From the NCBI GenBank assembly GCA_964016885.1, contig OZ024745.1, positions 113,894,001 to 113,958,000 on the forward strand: 64,000 nt of DNA, given 5' to 3'. The DNA comes from Eledone cirrhosa (taxonomy: Eukaryota). Shown piece after piece: positions 42,480-57,910 of this stretch (position 1 is the stretch's first letter; each line of letters opens with the position of its first letter). Position numbers and translations under genes: made by a program. Under the pieces are notes generated by a model. The model did not search any database, had not been told where the DNA came from, and saw nothing but the letters and a program-made list of their open reading frames with translations.

Positions 42480-44215
42480 TTACCACAAAAATGATACAAC
42501 ATTGGTTTCACTGTCAAAGTCAGTACCATGGAGTTAAAGATGAGTGAAGCCAGCAAAAGTATATCATCATACTCGCCTCTGGAACCATGATGAAATGTTT
42601 TACCATATTCATCACTGATATTGTCCAAAGGAACAAATATCCAAGTGACTCTCTAAAAAGTGAATCTTCAAGGAACTTTTGACGCCTTGTGCACCGAATG
42701 AATCCCAAAGTTCAGCTTTGATTGCCTTGTAATTCGGGCTTCGATTCATTCCTAGAAAGTTTTCACCTTGCTTTAACACGGCATAATAAACTTGTAATTC
42801 AGCTTTGTTCAGGGAATCTCTGAACATCTTATTATTCATCAATTTATGAGTGTCTGGTTCAACGAACCTTTATTTTCCGTTCTTTATTTTCCACTTCGCT
42901 AAAACCAGGAAGGATATCTTTCGGTATCTTGTGAAGTCACTGGACTCAGAAGTTCAGTGACTTCACAAAATGTTTGAAGATTCCAAGTTTAATATGTAGT
43001 GGTGTTAACACAATTATCTCGGGTGAAACTAGTGGTACGTATTGAACACTTTTATTCTCTGGTCTCCATTCATGACATGCTGGCCAACCCTGTCGACTGT
43101 AGGGCTCGTCTCGTGTCCGGCTTCCCTACAGGCACAAGAAACAGCAAATCTCTGTGTAGATCTTTTGCATTCCAGTTACAATTCCTCTGATCAATATGTC
43201 ATCTCCAACTTACCACTAGAAATCACCATACCTGATAGTGTCGTATGACTTTTTTGCCTTCCTCGAAAAACTCACTGGAATCCGCGGGTACTCATTCCGA
43301 ATATGCAAAAGGACTGCATTTAAGCTGGAAACACTCCCATCAATGAATAACCACCAATCTGTGTTAGCACCAGAGGAAATACCCAGTATTAACATCAAAC
43401 TAGTAATGTTCTTGCAATAAACTAAATTCAGTTCATCATGTGTGTCGATAAATTTAAGAAATCTCTTCTCATGGTGCCTGTATGCTGTTGTTTTGGTTCG
43501 TTGGACTAAGACGCCATATTCTCTGACCATTGTTCCAGTCAGGTAAGCATCATTCATAGAAAGTCCCAACTTTCGAACAAAATGATCCAGTTATTCTTGA
43601 CTTATTTTAGTGAAGAATTCCAAACCTCTTGTCATCTATTTGGTCTCCAGGTCCAGTTTCGCCAACGGAATCATCATCTGACTCACTCAATGGTTGGTTG
43701 CTTGGCACAGGGGTTCTTCCATCTTCATCTCGCTGTTGTCTTATAGCAGATGACAAATTAGGATACTCTATATTCTTTGGAGATTTCTTATTGAACCACT
43801 CAACATAAGTAATACACAAGTAGCAATCAGTAGAATCATTGCTTTGTTCTCGTCAAGTCATTGAAGTGGCAGACGGCATATGCTTCAGTATGTCACTGGA
43901 CCATAAGGAAAGCCAATCACTGCAAACTTTGCATAAAATATGTGGAGCAAAACACTTATCTTGGTCTCCAAGTTTCACTTTGAAGTAATCCTTGTATTTT
44001 ATTTGTATGATTGTCGTGATGTTTCTCCTACAGTCCTTGAATGTTCATTCCCCACAACTGGACATTGATATCGTTGGGCATTTAGTAGACGTAGGTGGCT
44101 GTTTGTCTCCGAATTCAGTGGTGTTAAGCATATCAGCGTCCAATCTTCGCTTACCTAGGAGATTTCTTGGGTGTTTTACTGATAGCAGTTGCAATCCTAT
44201 CATGCCATCATTTTT
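42480..44215 (-). mobile_element. Decayed DNA transposon, Chapaev-3 (CMC)-like transposase, in the NR2E3 intron
   Basis: Minus-strand motifs YFKVKLGDQDKCFAPHILCKVC, STDCYLC, IEYPNLSSAIR, WWLFIDGSVSSLNAVLLHIRNEYPRIPV, PLHIKLGIFKHFVK, FLGMNRSPNY, SLKIHFLESHLD, SDEYGKTFHH, YFCW, with many stops and frameshifts. Superfamily name is from recalled similarity; ends not defined. Confidence 0.7.
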
Positions 44216-45471
44216 CTGGGGCCAAGCGGCAGAATTTTAACTCACATACATACTGTCCGATGCTCTAATATCACCTCCTTGGACTTGTGCTTTATTTATT
44301 GACCTCGCAAGCATAAAAGTCAGTTGATCTCGACGGATTTTGAAATCTAAGCATACAGAGCCTAAATAAAAACTGCAAAACATTTAATCCGACGATCGAA
44401 AATTTTGTTAGTCCATCGTTTCATATTGAATGCTAGTCAATGACAGTTAACTATCGTTAACAATAATTATTAAGTAAATCATCTCCACATGAGAGATGGA
44501 TATTTAAATGTATTACTCGGTGTATAACGTACAATGAGATAAGAACTTCATAAATTGCTGCCGACAGATTTTGACAAAAACGATTGTGAACGAAAGTCAA
44601 AAACCAATCAGTTCTTAAGATTATAGGATTACTGGCGGGCAGCATTAATAGTGTTCTAGCCAGACGTCTTACACAATTTAAACTTATAGAATCCAAGAAA
44701 CTTTTGAATAAAATGAACATGTATTGTATGCATTACAATTAGATTTTTTATGTTCGAAACCCTACCCCATCCTCAGAATAAAAGAAAATATGAATGATAA
44801 GATAACCAAACTAGATACCAAATAAAGGGTTTTTAATTAGTCTAAGAATATCTATTTGAGAATAAATCTATTTTTTATCCTTGTGTCCGATGAGGATAAG
44901 CGAAGCACATAGTCTATAAACGCGTTTTTAAACCGGAAACATAGAAAGGGAGAAGATGTCTGTAATTGACAGGATTAACATGAGGCCTGAGGTGTACGAG
45001 ATTAGTGTCCTGAGGGCTCCACGTTGTAGGGAATAATGCACAAAGTGCTTAATATGGAGGCTAGGAAGAGAAAGACACAGCACGCAGTGAGAGTAACAGA
45101 TGGGTCAACCAGCCATGGGTGTTAATTCCCTTTGTAGTAAATGATATAGAAGAGGAAACAGCGCGACAGCAGTAAATGAATTGCGAATTTATCGATTACG
45201 ATTCTGGCTTGCTTTTTAATATTGAATGGGGCTTTAATTACTAGAAGTGTTATATCATATCTCAGAGGTGTATTTCTATATTTTAGGCAACAACTAATTA
45301 TAACCATTTATACTTTGATAAATTGTAAGTGATTTCGTGGTGAAAACGTTGAGACTCCTTAAACCAACTCAGAGAACTGTCACTATCTTGAATTTACGTA
45401 ACTTCTAGATAGTGACCTTATTTGAAAATAAGATATTTAATATAGGGCATTTTATTATATGAAAATAATTT

Positions 45472-45586
45472 TTTTGTTTTGTTTTGTTTTGTTTTGTTTT
45501 GTTTTGTTTTGTTTTGTTTTGTTTTGTTTTGTTTTGTTTTGTTTTGTTTTGTTTTGTTTTGTTTTGTTTTGTTTTGTTTTGTTTTG
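45472..45586. repeat. (TTTTG)n pentanucleotide repeat
   Basis: Directly visible. Confidence 0.95.
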
Positions 45587-46972
45587 AGTATTGTATTTTT
45601 CTTTATGCTCTAAAGAAACTAAACTCCTATTATTGTTATGAAATAAATACAGTCCTTATCTTGTGTCAATAACTGAAATTAGTATGACTTTAAAGATTGT
45701 TACCAATGTAAAAATACAAAAATAGCCCAGTATTTCTTGTAATATACCGTAACCTGATAAAACAAGTTTCATCTGCTCTCTCTTTATTCTACCATCATCT
45801 GACTTATAATATTTCTTCTAGTCACAAGAATTTGAAAGTAAGAATGTACAGGATTGATTTTCTTATACTAAATGCAAATTTTTTTCACGGGGTTTTAGGG
45901 TAAATTATTTCAGTTTATTTTGGTATTAGATTTGGTATTGTAAAACTGTCTCTCGAGTCTGTCATCGATCTTCATAACATTAGCTTTACGACGCCATCGT
46001 TGTCCCCCCCTTCATAAGTTCTTGACGTTTTCATTAAATAATAAGATTGTCTATGGCTGATATTGTTTTAGCAGCCAAGAAAATGCTGTTTTAAGTTCGT
46101 TGCAGAAACTGAGCAACTATAGCACCACCAGCAATATGTAAACTATCAGAAACGTCAGGAAACGTCATTCCAATCTTCCTTCATTCTCCACTTTCATTTC
46201 TCTCATTTTATTCTCCTCTTTATCTTTACAATCCTGTTTGTTATACATACAAACAAACACACCTACACACATATATATATATATGTATGTATGTATCATT
46301 TTTTCTTCACTTTGTCTATTCATCTCCTTTCATTATTATCGTCCTCTCTCTCTCATTAGCTTCTGTCTCTCAGACATTCTCCTGTCACCCACTCTCTGTA
46401 TTTATCTCTCCTTCAGTCTCTTGTTCTTTCTCCCTGATTCGTGTTTTCGCTCTCTCACATTATAATGCTTTTGATCTACCAATGATAGATACCTTAGTAA
46501 AGATTAGATTTTGCCGAATGATTTATCAGTATGTTTGAATAATTCAAATAATCTGGGTGTTTACACACACACACACATACACGCATTCACATCCACACAC
46601 AGACACACACACACACACGCGCGCATATATATGTCAAACATTGTATGTCGGGTGTAAAGAAAGAATAAGAATATAGTATGTGTTTATGTATGCATATGTA
46701 TATATGCAATATATGTATATGTATATGTGTTTATATGTGTATGTATGTATATGTATGTATACATATATATATATATATGTATATGTATGTATGTATATGC
46801 ATGTATATATACATATATGTTTATATGTATGCATATATATGTATATATATATGTATAAATATATATATATATATACATACATATATATATGTATATATAT
46901 ACATACATATATATATATTTATATATATACATAGATATATATATATATATATATACATAATAAAACACACAC

Positions 46973-47017
<45 letters not shown>

Positions 47018-47021
47018 CATT

Positions 47022-47112
<91 letters not shown>

Positions 47113-47193
47113 CTAAATACATAAAAAATAATTAACTCTTTTAATTATTGTATGCGTACTAGTGCGCGGGCGGGAGCTTGTGTGTGTTTGTGT

Positions 47194-47275
<82 letters not shown>

Positions 47276-47785
47276 CAAAGATAAAAACACTAAATGAAAA
47301 CTTTCGCTTCGTGGTTATTGAAAACGCTATGAGAAAATTGAATGAAATTGAAATAGAAATGAATTGGTAAAGAAAGGAAAAGAAAAGAAATTAAAAGTAA
47401 AGGAGGAAAGAAGGAAAGAAAGAAAAGGAAAATTCTCTGCATTCGACACCAGCAAATTTCTTGCAGAAAGTAATACCATTAATGTCAACACATCTCTCTG
47501 TCTCTCTTATTTGGATGACTTGCCACCGCCATTCCACCATTCAAGCATTATCATTGGAGACCAATCCTTAACGTCATCGATACCAGCGCCATCTGGATGT
47601 TTTGCAAGTTTGATAACTCTTATTCCCCATCATCTTCTTCTGTCTTACAGAATGGAATTAAATGATACAATTACAGTTAGCTCAGAGCTAGCGTGCACTT
47701 TTGTTGATGAGGTCAGCATCAATGAGACGAGGATGCTCGCAAAATACCCGCCTGTTCCTTATTAACCATCAACATTGACCAACAT

Positions 47786-48172
47786 TTCTTCTTTTTCTTC
47801 TTCTTCTTCTTCTTCTTCTTCTTCTTCTTCTTCTTCTTCTGCTTCTTCTTCTGCTTCTGCTCCTTATTCTTCTTCTTCTTTTTTTTTTCTTCTTCTTCTT
47901 CTTCTTCTTCTTCTTCTTCTTCTTCTTCTTCTTCTTCTGCTTCTTCTTCTGCTTCTGCTCCTTATTCTTCTTCTTCTTCTTCTTCTTCTTCTTCTTCTTC
48001 TTCTTCTTCTTCTTCTTCTTCTTCTCTCTTCTCTCCTCCTCCTCCTCCTCCTTCTTCTTCTTCTCCCCTCCTCATCCTCTTCCTCCCCTTCCTCCTCCTT
48101 CTCCTTCTCCTCCTTCTCCTTCTCCTCCTTCTCTTTCTCCTTCTTCTTCTTCTTCTTCTTCTTCTTCTTCTT

Positions 48173-48203
<31 letters not shown>

Positions 48204-48450
48204 TGCTTCTCTCATCTCTCTTCTCCCCCCCCCCCTCCTCCTCCTCCCCTTCTTCCTCCTCCTCCTTCTTCTTTTTCAACATCACCACCACCACCACCAC
48301 CACCACTAGAATCACTAACACCGTCCTCATCCTCATCATAATCGTAACCACCACCCCATCATCATCATCATCACCACCCATATCACCACCCACATATCAT
48401 CGTCACCATCACTACCATCATCATCATCATCATCATCATCATAATCATCA
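47786..48450. repeat. compound (TTC)n/(CCT)n/(CCA)n/(CAT)n low-complexity tract
   Basis: Directly visible. Confidence 0.95.
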
Positions 48451-48569
48451 TTGTTTTCGTCGTCGACGTCATCGTCGTTGTCATTTCTTTTCCCAATTCT
48501 TTCCTATTCTCTTATACTAGCGCATTCAACCCTACCGCCGCAACTCCCCCCCCCCCTCCCTTCTCATTT

Positions 48570-49640
48570 TCCTTTCCACCACCACCACCACCACCACCCT
48601 ACACAATCCTTTCCACCACCACCACCACCACCACCACCCAACACAATCCTTTCCACCACCACCACCACCACCACCACCACCACCACCACCACCACCACCA
48701 CCACCCAACACAATCCTTTCCACCACCACCACCACCACCACCACCACCACCACCACCACCACCACCACCCTACACAATCCTTTCCACCACCACCACCACC
48801 ACCACCACCACCACCCAACACAATCCTTTCCACCACCACCCAACACAATCCTTTCCACCACCACCACCACCACCACCACCACCCTACACAATCCTTTCCA
48901 CCACCACCACCACCATCACCACCACCACCACCCTACACAATCCTTTCCACCGCCACCACCACCACCACCACCCAACACAATCCTATCCACCACCACCACC
49001 ACCACCACCACCCTACACAATCCTATCCACCACCACCACCACCACCACCACCACCACCCTACACAATCCTTTCCACCACCACCACCACCACCACCCAACA
49101 CAATCCTATCCACCACCACCACCACCACCCTACACAATCCTTTCCACCACCACCACCACCATCACCACCACCACCACCCTACACAATCCTTTCCACCGCC
49201 ACCACCACCACCACCACCCAACACAATCCTATCCACCACCACCACCACCACCACCCTACACAATCCTATCCACCACCACCACCACCACCACCACCACCCA
49301 ACACAATCCTATCCACCACCACCACCACCACCACCCTACACAATCCTATCCACCACCACCACCACCACCACCACCACCACCACCACCACCACCCTACACA
49401 ATCCTTTCCACCACCACCACCACCACCACCACCACCACCCAACACAATCCTATCCACCACCACCACCACCACCACCACCACCACCACCGCCCTACACAAT
49501 CCTTTCCACCACCACCACCACCACCACCACCCAACACAATCCTATCCACCACCACCACCACCACCACCACCACCACCACCACCCTACACAATCCTTTCCA
49601 CCACCACCACCACCACCACCACCACCACCCAACACACCCA
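48570..49640. repeat. Minisatellite: C(T/A)ACACAATCCT(T/A)T motif alternating with variable-length (CCA)n, ~23 units
   Basis: ACACAATCCT counted ~23 times by eye. Confidence 0.92.
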
Positions 49641-52600
49641 GAAACAAACTCTCACACACCGTTGTTTATTAATTTATTTATTTATCAATATATTTTGTCT
49701 TTATCTTATTTAATCTGCCTCCGTTTCTACTGCTGCTGATATTGTTGTTGTTGTCGTCGTCGTTGTCATTATTGTTGTTGTTGATCTTGTCGTCGCGATC
49801 GTCATCATTGCTTTTGTTGTTGTTGTTGCTGTTGTTGTTTCTGTTGTTGTTGTTGTTAATGGGATCTATTTACTTCGTGGTTAGAGCGAAGATAATGGGA
49901 ACGAGGATAATGAAGTTATGAAAGGAAGGAGAGGGGTAAAGTAAGTGTGTGAAGGAGGAAATGTAAGAGGAAGAGGAGGAGATATTTGATGGAAGGGGGT
50001 GGATTAGAATGTTAGAAGGATGGGGGTGAGATAGATAAAGCGCTGGTTAGCCCTGATAAGGCAAACTTTGATATAGGGTATTCCAGCCGTGACCATCCCA
50101 CCATAATGTATATCAACGATATAATTCAATGTGTTATTCCTTTTTTTTTTCTATGTCGATTGGGTTTGATTTAGGGAAGATTTAGCTGCTGCTTCTAGCA
50201 GTTTGGATAACCACATAGTGGCTCCCATTGATGGAAGTAAAGTTTGAGTATTGTAGTAGATGTGATAGAGGTGGAAAGCTTTGAAAAGGAGTGAGAGAGA
50301 AAGATGTTGACAAAGAAGAAAGTGGGTGGTGGTGGTGGTGGTGGTGGTGGTGGTGGTGGTAGTGGTTATCGGGGAAGAAGGGACAGATGTGGGAAAAAGG
50401 AGTAGAAGTGGGGAAAGGAGAAGAATTAGAAAAAAAGAGTTGGGAAGAAGTAATAGCTTGATGTAAAGATGGAGGCCAAAATATATGGTGATCATTTCGG
50501 CTGCAATCAAACTACACTTAATGGAGTAAGTCTAGTTCCGATTCAGTCCAGATTAAGCAGATATATGATCAAAGTCATTCCATATATATATAGGAAACGA
50601 AGGATTACCTTATTAAATGCTCCCTTACTCTCTAACTGTCTTTTTCTTTCTCTCTCCATCCCGCTCTCTATCTCACTTCCTCCCTGCATATCGGTATTTC
50701 GGACTAAATGGCGGTGGTTGTGGTTACAGAGAAAACAAATTAGAATTTCCGATTTTTGTAAACTTTGGTTCACCCCAAAACTACCCCAAACTCTTTAAAA
50801 ATATTATTGGAGGTTTCTGAGTAAAGATTATTAGGAAAGGCAGGTAGAAATGAGTATCGGTGATTAAGTGCAAGAAGGTGAAAGAAAGAAAAAGTGAAAA
50901 AGTACTAACGAGTATGGTGACATAAGCATGTAGTCTAAGAGGTACTTATAAAGATATATTTGGTAGTGTGTAAGTGAATGATTGCTTGATCGGAGAAGCA
51001 GAAGTGTGATTGATGATTGAGCAACATGATTGAAGGTAATACATAACACACTATAGGCTTCATCACGAGTCTAACCTTCCTCTTTAGAACCAGAAAATAT
51101 TTCAACCTCTTGCAAAGCTCCGCAATGGAATGTTGCTCCCACATCTGAGACTGAGTTACTTCAACAAACATCGGCATCCTAAACGATATCTAAAAAAAGG
51201 CCACTGAAACGAATGGTATGAAGTCACAGACATTCGTCATGGTATGAAGTCATTTCCTCTCGTCGCCATTTCTATCGCAATTACTGTGGCTTCTGCTCTT
51301 CTGAGTTAGATTGTTACATATCACTCCACTTAAACGCTTATAACATTGTCGTCCTTGATGTCCAGACTCAGGTTCTGCAACAACCCTACACCCAGCACTT
51401 CTACTCTCATCTCTTTAGAATTCCACTCCTTGCACACGTCTTACCATGGATTGTCAAGTTACAGCTTTCCAAAAGAAACAATAAATACATAGATCGCTCT
51501 TGTCTTCCAGGGCCTGAAAGCCCATGAGCGGCACAACCCATTCCAGGGCAAACCAATAAGATTAGAGGGTAAAAATCAAAGAATTGAATATAATTGAGAA
51601 GTAAGAATGAGGTATGAACGAACGCGGAGAAAATATAAAGTAAAAGAAAGTAAATTAAGGTGATCAAGATTAAAGGAAATAAGACTAGCGGTGGGAAGAG
51701 TAGGAATTATGAGTTAATGTATTAATATGCATGGAAACGTTGAAGTGAGAAGAATATTGTGAAGGGGAGGGAGAGTAAAGTTTGAAGAAGAAAATGAGTT
51801 TAGAGCGAAAGGAAAAATAAGGTTCGAATTAAATTTTACAGAATGATTGACATAAGATGAGATGAAGTGAATCTAGAATGTTTGAAATGGCGGTAGAGTT
51901 TAAGAGTCAAAATCATGGAGTAGTAGATTAATGAAATGACAGTAACAGTAGAATGTGAGAAATATAGAAACAACAAAGAAGGTTTGAAGAGTATTAGTAT
52001 ACGTAGTTAGAGAAAGATAAGTGAAACTAAGAAGATGAGAGATATACGAGTAAGAATGTAGACGTACCACATGGAAAAGTGGATAAATAATAAGAGTGCA
52101 GGTAAGAAAGTTAGAGGTAAGGTGGTGTGAGGGTGGAATATGTCGAATATTTAATACAATATAAAATATGTGGGTTGATGTCATTGTTGATGGTCAGTTC
52201 TGTTTAGCTATGGTACATCGTTGTTTGTTAGTTCAAAGAAACAATGCGGTTCACATATCCATAGTTCCAGATATACTATGTTTGCTCTAAATGAAAGGTC
52301 ACACTATAACTTCCATAGAACTCCAAACTATGTAATGCGCAGTATGACAAATGAGCATGACTGTTTGTATTTATTGTTGAATCGATTTGTGTATGTCAGT
52401 TTTTGTTGTCGTTTAATATCAAGTCTAAATTCAGCATACCTATGGCCACAATTATTCCAGTTGTGTTAATACATCGTTTATTTTTCTCTGCATAGCCTAC
52501 TTTGGACGACATTATACAAAGAGTCCTTCCTTTTTTAGGATGGCATAGTGGGATTTGAAGAAGGTTTAGTTAGTATATTTTGGAAGTCATGCAACCAAAC

Positions 52601-53238
52601 AAAGGCACCCAACTATATTCTGGTGGTAGCCAAGTCAGAACGAGTTAAGTGGACTAGATCAATAAAATGAGATGGCCCATGAAGTCCGGTGTGATCTGAG
52701 CCTAAGTTTGTAAGTAGGGGATTAGGGGATGGAGTGTGAATAAGAGTAAGAATTTGAGGATCAGATACGGAGTATGAAATACGAAGGTACATGTTTGAAG
52801 AGTGAAAATGAAATAGGAAATGTGATGGTGAAAGGTCGAATGGTAGTGGAGGAGGGAGGGGGCGGCGAGGAGGAGGATTGGGCTGTCTTGTTTGTTGCTG
52901 TTGTTGCAGTTGTTTATAGATGTGGATTGTGTTGGTAGTGATGAAAGTGACTGTAGTTATAATAATTAGAATGGTGTAGGTGGTTGCGGATGACGATGAT
53001 TTTATGATAATGAAGAAAACAATAATAAAGAGAAAGAAGAAAAATATGGTGATAACGAGATGTTGCGAATGATGAAGAAAAGAAGGTGTTAGTATCGTTG
53101 CTAATGATGAGTTTGGAAGATGCTTAGTTTGAGACAAATAATTGAAACTATGAGATTTACATGCACAGTGCGGTCAGGAGAAGGGGAGGGTATATACATG
53201 CAAGCAAAAACAAAAGAAAAAGAACGGTCTACAAGCAG

Positions 53239-53269
<31 letters not shown>

Positions 53270-53271
53270 AC

Positions 53272-53311
<40 letters not shown>

Positions 53312-53499
53312 CTATGCTAGAAAGCATGGCGTCCAACTCTGTACCGATACTGCCAATTCACATAATATAATATAATATTATATAATGTAATACAATATAT
53401 ATATATAACCAATACTTATTCCTAATTAAACTATTTTTCACTGGGAAAAATTTGTCAGCATTTTCTTTTCCTTTTACTAATATATATATATATATATAC

Positions 53500-53918
<419 letters not shown>

Positions 53919-53921
53919 GTA

Positions 53922-53980
<59 letters not shown>

Positions 53981-53996
53981 TGTATTATATTATGTG

Positions 53997-54176
53997 AATT
54001 GCCAGTATCGGTACAGAGTTGGACGCCATGCTTTCTAGCATAGTTACGTCCCTTTACGGTTTGAGTTCAAATCCCGTCGAGGTTAACTTTGCCTTTCATC
54101 CTTACGGGGTAGATAAAATAAAGTACCAGTAATGTACTGGGTATTGCTGGCCTTGTGCCAAAAGTAGTAACAATTA
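53997..54176 (+). mobile_element. SINE, young subfamily
   Basis: Matches 256-436. Confidence 0.85.
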
Positions 54177-54506
54177 TATTATATTATATATTATACATGT
54201 TTGTGTATGAGTCTGCATATATATATATACGTTTGTAATGCATATATATTAGCAGATGTGCATTTATAGGTCAATATGCGTGGCTTAGTGGTAAGGAATT
54301 CATAAAAGCTAGACTTGGTACACGTGTCAGTGGAATGCTTAGTCAAATGCACGATAATTTCATAATCAGTATGTTCCGTTGTAACCGACGGATGCGCGCC
54401 TGCACCCATATATATATATATATATATATATAAATGTATACATACGCGTGTATGTATATGTGTATATATTTGTATATTCATATATATATATACATATATA
54501 TATATT

Positions 54507-54565
<59 letters not shown>

Positions 54566-54619
54566 ATAAATATATATATGTATATATATATATATATATA
54601 TGTGTATATAGATATATAT

Positions 54620-55205
54620 GGTGGCTGCCAACTCGTTTTCGAGTACGGCCACTACTTTATATCCATGTAGGAGAACCCCTACCGATGCGCTGAACGAGTG
54701 TGACTTTTTAGTCCAGCCAGCGACTTGAAAACTCTGGTACAAACATTACACTTGTGACAATTATTGACACAGTGCTGGGCCCATGGTACCATGTGACGAC
54801 AAGTGCAGAGAGATCTCCAGATATAAAGCAATGCCTGTGCCGTGAAGCTTTTATAGTGAGCAAAGGCACTGCACAAAGCCAGTCCCACTCTCTTAACCAA
54901 GATGATATTTACCATCATTGGATACCATCAGGGTTGCAGGTGTTATATCAGAGTTTTCCTTCTCCTAGAATTCTGCCTTGACAAAGGCTAAGGGGTCATA
55001 TCTCCCGGTGATTTTGGATGGCCATTGACTCTTAAGAGCTCCTTTGCCATTTGACAGGCTTTGTTTTTAGTCCTGCAGGATGTCCAAAGTCACCCTCCTC
55101 ACCAAGAATTCTTCGTGGGGTTGCCAGTTTAGTCGCCAACGACCCGACCATGGGACAGGTTGTACTGGGATACATGTTACCAGTAGCACCAACTAGTGAC
55201 CTGAC
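54620..55205 (-). mobile_element. Non-autonomous RTE-derived retroelement, longest copy
   Basis: TSD ATAGATATATAT (54608-54619/55206-55217). RTE 5'UTR-like TCTAGGAGAAGGAAAACTCTGAT; 3' C2H2 remnant [22 protein letters not shown]. Confidence 0.8.
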
Positions 55206-55559
55206 ATAGATATATATACACATATATATACACGCGTATGTATACATTTATTCATACATACACACACGCATACATATATCTACAATTGTAAGTGTGCACA
55301 GATGTATGCTTGCAGGCATATGTATGTATATGCATATATGGATCTTCAATGTGACAGTGTAAAGATAATTTTCTTGCGCAATTTGTGTAACTTTATTATT
55401 GATATAAATGATTCGTCTACGAGTGTATTCAATAATTGTACCTTTAGGTATTTAATTCTCAAGCCGTGTTAGCCAGATTATGTATACGTGTGTATATATA
55501 CATATATATATATATACACACACATTCACACATACACAGACACACATATATATATACAA

Positions 55560-55657
<98 letters not shown>

Positions 55658-55666
55658 ATATATATA

Positions 55667-55733
<67 letters not shown>

Positions 55734-56143
55734 ACATATCAACATATATATCTACTTATGTGTATTTTTCCTTATCCCATTGTTTAGTTTACGAGCCTGT
55801 TCGTGTAGTATAATGAAGATTCGAATCGAATGAATGAATTGCTATGATATTACATTATATAAAGCAGCGAGCGAGGGGATATTAGACGAATATGAGTGAG
55901 GGGAAGTAGATGATGTCAGGTAACAAAACGCAAAGCAAACAATACAAACAAAATCTATGACAGATAATTAGAAAGTGTGAATTAGAAATGGAAGTATGGG
56001 AGATTAAGTGATGTGTGTTAAATTGTTTTAAACGAATAGGTGGATGCTGAAAACAAAAGACTATCGCACTCTCTTAGTTACAGTGTTTTCACTTCGTTCA
56101 ATATGTTTAATTGTATCCTGTTAAATTTCATTTTTATTACTTT

Positions 56144-56202
<59 letters not shown>

Positions 56203-56422
56203 TGTATATATATTTATATTCATATATATATGTGTGTGTGTGTGTATATATATATATTTCGCTTACTATTAAAAGGCAAATAAACATACATACATACACA
56301 CAAAGAGATACAGAATTATATATATGTATTACTTTTATATATATATATATATATATATATAAATATATATAATATATATATTCATATATATATATATATA
56401 TGTGTGTGTGTGTATATACATA

Positions 56423-56629
<207 letters not shown>

Positions 56630-56803
56630 TATATATATATATATCAATATATATATATATAAAAGTAATATATATATATATAATTCTGTATCTCTTTGTG
56701 TGTATGTATGTATATGTTTATTTGCCTTTTAATAGTAAGCGAAATAAATTGGATATTATATTGATAAATCTATTTTTGGCTGAAGTGTTCTTAATAAAAT
56801 TAC

Positions 56804-56863
<60 letters not shown>

Positions 56864-56888
56864 AAAGTAATATAAATGAAATTTAACA

Positions 56889-56970
<82 letters not shown>

Positions 56971-57539
56971 ATATATACATGTGTATATATATATATATGT
57001 GTGTGTGTGTAGCATACATACCTACTGGATTCCATATCTCCCATCTTGCCCCTATTATACTCCTCTTTCCCTCTCTTCGTTGTGTCTCATGTATACAACG
57101 TATTCAGATACCAAAAATTGAGGTGTTTCTGATAAATCCAATTTGTTTGCTTCATTGCTTTCTTCCTTGAGTCTACGCTTAGCTTTCCCAACATTTATTT
57201 AAGTTAAGCATTCCAAATGTCTTTAAATTGCAGCATTTCCTATCTAAGCGAAGTCATATTATTTTCATAAAATAGATTTTGTCCATTTGTTTTCAGATAT
57301 ATGCTTTTTTTTTTATCGTTTATCAAGTTATCAGCATATTTGTCTGACTAATTAAATATTAAGCGAAAATGGACATAGAAATACGTTTACACAAACACTT
57401 TCATGTCAAGAAAACATTTCAGTCAATAAAAAGATGGAGCCTTTGTGTAGTTACTCGGCCTACAAGAAATAGCAACAAAACCTCCCTCAATATTACAGTT
57501 GTTCATCAATGCAGAGTTGCCTGACCGACCTCTCCCTTA

Positions 57540-57910
57540 TTGTATGCCATGACAATCTTCCTGTTCCGCCAGGTTAGGCCCCTCATCTGGGAGGCCATAT
57601 ACTGTAATACTTACTCAAACGGCAACTTGGAGCGTTTGGCTACCATACCAGCCCAGGCTCCGCTGCCTGCCAAGCCGAAGAGGCAAACTGTCCAAGTATC
57701 GGCCGCTCTCGGATTAGTTTGTTGTAGAGCCTGTAGCAGTGGAGACTTCCGGCGTTGTTGGCCCCTGAACCACATCCCTACTCACTGCTATCATAGCGGT
57801 GTAGGTCGCCCGCAGGTTTGTGCTCGCGAGATTGAGCGGCTGTTCCAGCGCGTCTCCCTGCCCGCCCGCCATTCGGGTCAATGCATTTTTCATCCTGTTG
57901 GTCGGGACCC
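57540..57910 (+). mobile_element. CRE-clade-like LINE 3' fragment (REL endonuclease)
   Basis: MTIFLFRQVRPLIWEAIYCNT, VEPVAVETSGVVGP (shifted frame), EIERLFQRVSL; related to ~6170-6440. Confidence 0.7.

Noticed and set aside
44735-44945. Hammerhead-like words (CTGAGGA..GAAC on minus; CCGATGAG..GAAAC on plus)
   Set aside because: Core mismatches and no convincing stems I and III.
48570-49640. CRISPR-like repeat-spacer appearance
   Set aside because: Spacers are only (CCA)n, the repeat is short, the context is eukaryotic and there are no cas genes.
48451-49713. 420-aa Pro/His/Thr extensin- or mucin-like ORF
   Set aside because: Product of the (CCA)n minisatellite inside the NR2E3 intron; no domain or splice support.
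55060-55205. HDV-like ribozyme at the 5' end of the RTE derivative (possible P1 GGTCACT/GGTGACT on minus strand)
   Set aside because: Could not assemble P3/L3/P1.1 and J4/2 in the required order; needs a motif search.
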